64,000 nt of DNA, taken from assembly GCA_963827235.1 (NCBI GenBank), contig CAWHAE010000012.1:1312001-1376000 (forward strand). Direction: 5' to 3'. Source of the DNA: an uncultured bacterium. Lineage in GTDB: Bacteria; Chloroflexota; UBA5177; JANWHV01. Of the stretch, positions 59,869 through 64,000 are shown one piece after another. A program made the translations under genes and the position numbers. The notes under the pieces were generated by a model, which was given only the letters and a program-made list of their open reading frames with translations, was not told the DNA's origin and made no database searches. The stretch's first letter is position 1; every line of letters begins with the position of its first letter.

Positions 59869-60030
59869 GGTGATCCCCTCCGCACTGCTGCGTACACGAC
59901 GGACTGCGCGATCAGCTGCCTGATGCGCTGGGCGCGAGCCGGCGAGACGCGTCCCGATGACTCGCTGCCTCTATGGCAGTGTAGCACAGCCCTGAGCAGC
60001 TCCGGCCCAGGCCTATTGGCCCGGGTTCAC

Positions 60031-60157
60031 CTGGGCATTGTGACGCAACGGCCTGCCGTCTCGCGACGATGGAAGGCATGTCGGGCATGTCCGAAGGCGG
60101 TCGAGACGACCGCGGTCCCAGGATCCGCGCACAGAAGCGCTGGATCACGGATTTCAG
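60031..60157 (+). repeat. Dispersed intergenic repeat, copy 3
   Basis: 99/127 ungapped identity to the reverse complement of 25633-25759. Confidence 0.92.
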
Positions 60158-60193
60158 GTCAGGGCCGCCGGCCCGGCCTGGTGACGGGAACCG

Positions 60194-60817
60194 TCAACCG
60201 GCAGGCTGGTCGGGCACGCCGATGCTGCGCAGCAGCAGCTGGCGCAGCGCCGGCAGGGTGGCCTCGAGCGCCCCAGGCGTGGCCTCGGGGTCGAGCAGCC
60301 AGTAGAGCACGACTTCGCTGATCGCGCCCAGCCACACGCAGGCGGCAACGCCGGTATCGAGCGGCGCGATGGCGCCCTCGGCTACCGCGCGCGCCAGATA
60401 CGACTCGATGATGCGCACGAATGTGCCGCGCGCCGCGCGCACCTCTTCGTCGATCGGAGGGCCAAGGCCGCTTGTCTCCACCAGCAAGAGGTGCGTCAAG
60501 CGGCGATTGGCGGCGAACGTGTGGATGACCACGCCGAGGGCGGCTTCGACCCGGGCCAGGGCCCCGTGCTCGCGGGCGATCGCTTCCTGCACCTCGGCGG
60601 CGAGCATGGTTACCAGATCACTGACCAGCGACTCGAAGATCGCCTGCTTATTGGCGAAATGGAAGTAGACGCCACCCTTGGAGCTGCCGGCCTGGCGCGC
60701 GATCTCGTCGACGCTGGCGGCCCCGTAACCGCGCTCGGCGAACACGGACATCGCGGCCTGCAGAATCCGTTCCCGCGTGGCGGCCTTGTCGCGCGGGGCT
60801 CGCGCCGTCGTGCTCAT
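60194..60817 (-). CDS. TetR-family regulator
   Basis: TRERILQAA..FAERGY, IARQAGSSKGGVYFHFANK; starts 2 nt after the menG stop. Confidence 0.9.
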   Translation of the reverse strand: MSTTARAPRDKAATRERILQAAMSVFAERGYGAASVDEIARQAGSSKGGVYFHFANKQAIFESLVSDLVTMLAAEVQEAIAREHGALARVEAALGVVIHTFAANRRLTHLLLVETSGLGPPIDEEVRAARGTFVRIIESYLARAVAEGAIAPLDTGVAACVWLGAISEVVLYWLLDPEATPGALEATLPALRQLLLRSIGVPDQPAG

Positions 60818-60819
60818 TG

Positions 60820-61575
60820 CTACTTGACGGCCAGGTGGATGGCAATCGTGCCGAAGTTCAGCAAGCGGTAGCGCGCGCGACTGAAGCCCGCCTCCACCAT
60901 CATCTCGCCCAGGGCATCGGCATCCGGGAAGCTGGTGAGCGAGTGCGGCAAGTAGAGGTAGGCGTCCCGGTCCCCGGAGAGCACGGCGCCCAGCAGGGGC
61001 GCTATGTGAAAGAAGTAGAAATTGAAGGGCAGGCGAACGAGCGCCGATCGCGGGTGCGTCAGCTCCAGGCAGACCAACCGGCCGCCCGGCTTGAGCACTC
61101 GCCACATTTCGTGCAGGCCGCCCGGCAAGTCGGACAGGTTGCGCATGCCGAAGGAAATGGTCACCGCGTCGAAGCCGCCGGTCGCGTAGGGAAGGCGAAG
61201 CGCATCGCCCACCACGAAGACGGGCACCGCCTGCAGACCGTCGGCGAAGCCGCGGCGTGCCGCGGCTTGGGCCTGTGCGGCCACTATCATGGGCTCACAG
61301 AAGTCCAGCCCGTCGATCCGCGCCGACGGTGCGCGGCGAGCAAGCGCAAAGGCGACGGCGCCGGTCCCGGTGGCCACGTCCAGCGCGCGGCCTCCCGCGG
61401 GCACGTCTGTGGTCCGCGCTACCAGCTCTCGCCAGCGGCGATCCTGACCGAACGTGGAGAGGGTATTGAAGAGATCGTAGCGGGGCACGATACGGGCAAA
61501 GAGCGATCGCACGTACTCGGCACGCGCCGTGCCGCTCAGGAACGCTCCCCGATCGCCCGGCACCTGGCTGGACAT
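60820..61575 (-). CDS. menG: Demethylmenaquinone methyltransferase (UbiE/MenG)
   Basis: YDLFN..FGQDRRWR, LDVATGTG, FGMRN, RVLKPGG, AYLYLPHS..FP. Confidence 0.88.
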   Translation of the reverse strand: MSSQVPGDRGAFLSGTARAEYVRSLFARIVPRYDLFNTLSTFGQDRRWRELVARTTDVPAGGRALDVATGTGAVAFALARRAPSARIDGLDFCEPMIVAAQAQAAARRGFADGLQAVPVFVVGDALRLPYATGGFDAVTISFGMRNLSDLPGGLHEMWRVLKPGGRLVCLELTHPRSALVRLPFNFYFFHIAPLLGAVLSGDRDAYLYLPHSLTSFPDADALGEMMVEAGFSRARYRLLNFGTIAIHLAVK

Positions 61576-61693
61576 AGCCGTCTCCTTGAACTGCGCCGGC
61601 GGCAGCCACCGTGGCCGTGTCTCGGGCTGGGCGCCACTTCGTCCCTCAATGGATGATACCGGCGCGGGGCGACGACGGGTTCAGACGTGGAAG

Positions 61694-63792
61694 TCAGCTT
61701 TGTTCCATGGGAGGATTTCCTCTGAAAAGCATGTAGCACAGAGATGTCACTTTGTAGAGCCATGGTATAGTCAGAAACCGTGTCCTCGCCCCGAGGACTC
61801 GGCATACAGGGCGATCACGGCCCGAGATCCAGCCGCGCTGCTGCAACACCTGCCTGCCCAACTGGCCCAGCGTGACGTCGTTCCCGGTGGCGGCCAGCTC
61901 CGGATGGTATTCCATGCGCGCGTTCTCGAAGTACTGCACCAGGTATGTCCGGCCCGTGCCGTCGCCGTTCTGCTCGTACAGCGGCTGCGAGATCGGCGGT
62001 CCGAACAGCAGCGCGCCATGACGGGTGTTCCAAAAGGTGAGGAACAGGCCGGAGAGCGTGTGGTGCGTGGCGGCAAACCACGTCTGCCCGGACGAACCGC
62101 AGCAAGCGGCGGCAGGGAACTTCCGTCCTGCCGTCAGCTGCGCACCCAGCGGGCTGATGACCACGTGTCCCTGCGCGACCGCCAACCGGCTGCGTTCGAA
62201 GTACTGCACGAGCTGCCCGCTCTCCGTGAAGGCCTCGGTCAGGGGGAGGCCGAAGATCTTCAGGCCGCCGTTCGCGGTGTAGAAGGCGAGGAACGGCGCC
62301 CGCAGCGAGTGATGCGTGGCGGGGAAGTAGGTATCGCCGGTCGGATTGCCTGGTGGCGCGGGCACCGGGCTCGTGGGAATGCTTGACCACGTGCCGCCCA
62401 CGCGGGTGAACACGTAGGCCACGCCCTGGTCTTTGTGGCCGTCGACGTTCTTGCCGTCAGCGCCGATCAGAATGGTGGCACCGTCGGCGCTCAGGGCCAC
62501 GGCACTGCCGAAACTCTCGCTGGGAGCGCCGTCGCCGTCGGTAAGCTCGCTCTGTTGGCTCCAGGTGCCGCCGGAACGGGTGAATACGGAGGCTGCGCCT
62601 TGCTTGTCGTTCTTGCCGACCTTCTTGTTGCCGTCGCCGGCCAAGGCGGTGGCGCCGTCGGCGCTCAAAGCCACGGGGCCGCCGACCGGCAACTCGCTCC
62701 GCCGGCTCCAGGTACTGCCTGACCGCGAGAACATGTAGCCCACGCCGCCGGCTGCGACCAGGGCGGCGGTGCCGTCGCCGCTCAGGGCCACGAAGCCGGC
62801 CGTCAGCTTGCTCTGCTGGTGCCACGCGCTGCTCGTACCGCTGGAGCGAGCGAACACGTAGGTCACGCCGTGACCGTCGCCCCGCCAGGTTATCATGGTC
62901 TTATGGTCGGCGCCGACCAGCGCAGTGGCGCCATCGCTGCTCAGAGCCACGGACGAGCCGAGGTCGTCGTATTGGGCGCCGTCGCCGGCCGTCAGCTCGC
63001 TCTGCTGGCGCCAGGTGCCGCCGGAGCGGGTGAACACGTAGATCGCGCCCTGACTCTCGTTGTCGCCGACCGTCGTGCCGCCGGCTCCGACCAGGGCGGT
63101 TGCACCGTCGCCGCTCAGGGCCACGGAGTCCCCGAAGTAGTCGTTGCTGTCACCGGCAGGAGCAGTCAGTTCTTCCCCCTGCTCTGCTTGCTCCAGGTGT
63201 CGCCGGAGCGGGTGAACACGTAGGCCGCGCCCTCACCGCCCATGTCGGTGCCGGCCGCCGAGCCCCAAGCGCCGACCAGGGCGGTGCTGCCGTTGGCGCT
63301 CAGGGCCAGTGACGAGCCGAAGTAGTCATCGGCATTGGGATTGCCGTCCTCCGGCTCACTGGAGCCTGCACCGGTATCTCCGTCGCTCAGCTTGCTCTGC
63401 TGGGTCCATGTGCTGCTCGTGCTGCTCGGGCGCGTGAACACGTAGGCCGCCTCAAAGGCGCCGACCAGGGCGGTGGTGCCGTCGGCGCTCAGAACCACGG
63501 ACCGGCCGAAATAGCCGTTGGCAGCACCGTCGCCGGCTGTCAGCTCGCTCTGCTGGCTCCACGTGATGCTCGTGCTGCTCAGGCGCTGCACTGCCGCCGC
63601 CGGCCCCGTCTGGGCCTTCGCCCGGATCATCGGGCCACCAAGCGTGGATGCCCGCCCCGCCGGCGAGAACGCGCCGGGCGCGGCACGTGTCACCGCGGGC
63701 CTCGCCCCCTGCTCGGCCTGTGCACCCAGCATGCTGAGGAACAGGGCACAGGGACACCACACGCCCAGCAGTCGCAGAGCTCGCCGCTTCAT
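61694..63792 (-). CDS. Secreted FG-GAP-repeat beta-propeller with a C-terminal Chloroflexota-type repeat module; frame break at 63173-63180
   Basis: Repeated FGSSVALSADGxTALVGA...AYVFTRSGGTWSQQSELT; C-terminal YFPATHHSL/WFAATHHTL, FGLPLTE/FGPPISQ, VQYFE. Confidence 0.85.
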
Positions 63793-64000
63793 GTCGCCAT
63801 TCCCTTCCTCGCACGTGAATGCCGGTGCAGGCTACGGGCTTATCGGCGACATGGCACGCGCGTGAGACCTGGCATACGCCATGCGGAGGATCCAAGCCCG
63901 GGCACCGGCCTCATCATACAGCCGGACTCATGCGTGTGTCACCGTCGTCTGAAACGCGGCGCTCCCGGCCGGCGCCATGGCAGCGAGCCGCCGGAACGGC

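Noticed and set aside
62380-63570. Direct repeats suggestive of a CRISPR or DNA repeat array
   Set aside because: They are the coding FG-GAP repeats; no repeat-spacer structure and no cas genes.

Overview
GC-rich bacterial chromosomal segment, most likely Chloroflexota (inferred from the C-terminal 'YFPATHHSL..FY..NGGL.IFGLPLTE' module near 62 kb and the kinase ectodomain). It carries about 50 genes and no recognisable rRNA, tRNA, CRISPR array or transposase. Main content: (i) a GntR-controlled amino-sugar/peptidoglycan-salvage locus at 9-20 kb (MurK-like kinase, tandem GNAT, sugar ABC transporter, atypical PIG-L deacetylase, an in-frame NamZ-MurQ fusion and a neighbouring GlcD-like dehydrogenase); (ii) a LacI-controlled fucoside locus at 39-51 kb (ABC transporter, LLM oxidoreductase, GH151-like and GH29 fucosidases); (iii) scattered signalling genes (pseudokinase, MCP, PilZ, YjfB with a sigma28-type promoter), transporters and secreted proteins. 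Non-coding highlights: a ~127-nt dispersed intergenic element in at least three copies with covarying palindromes, a perfect 30-bp palindrome, a promoter-hairpin-terminator leader, and start-codon-less Shine-Dalgarno elements upstream of both solute-binding-protein genes. At least seven genes carry frameshifts, which may be long-read consensus errors. All calls come from reading motifs by eye; no database searches were run.
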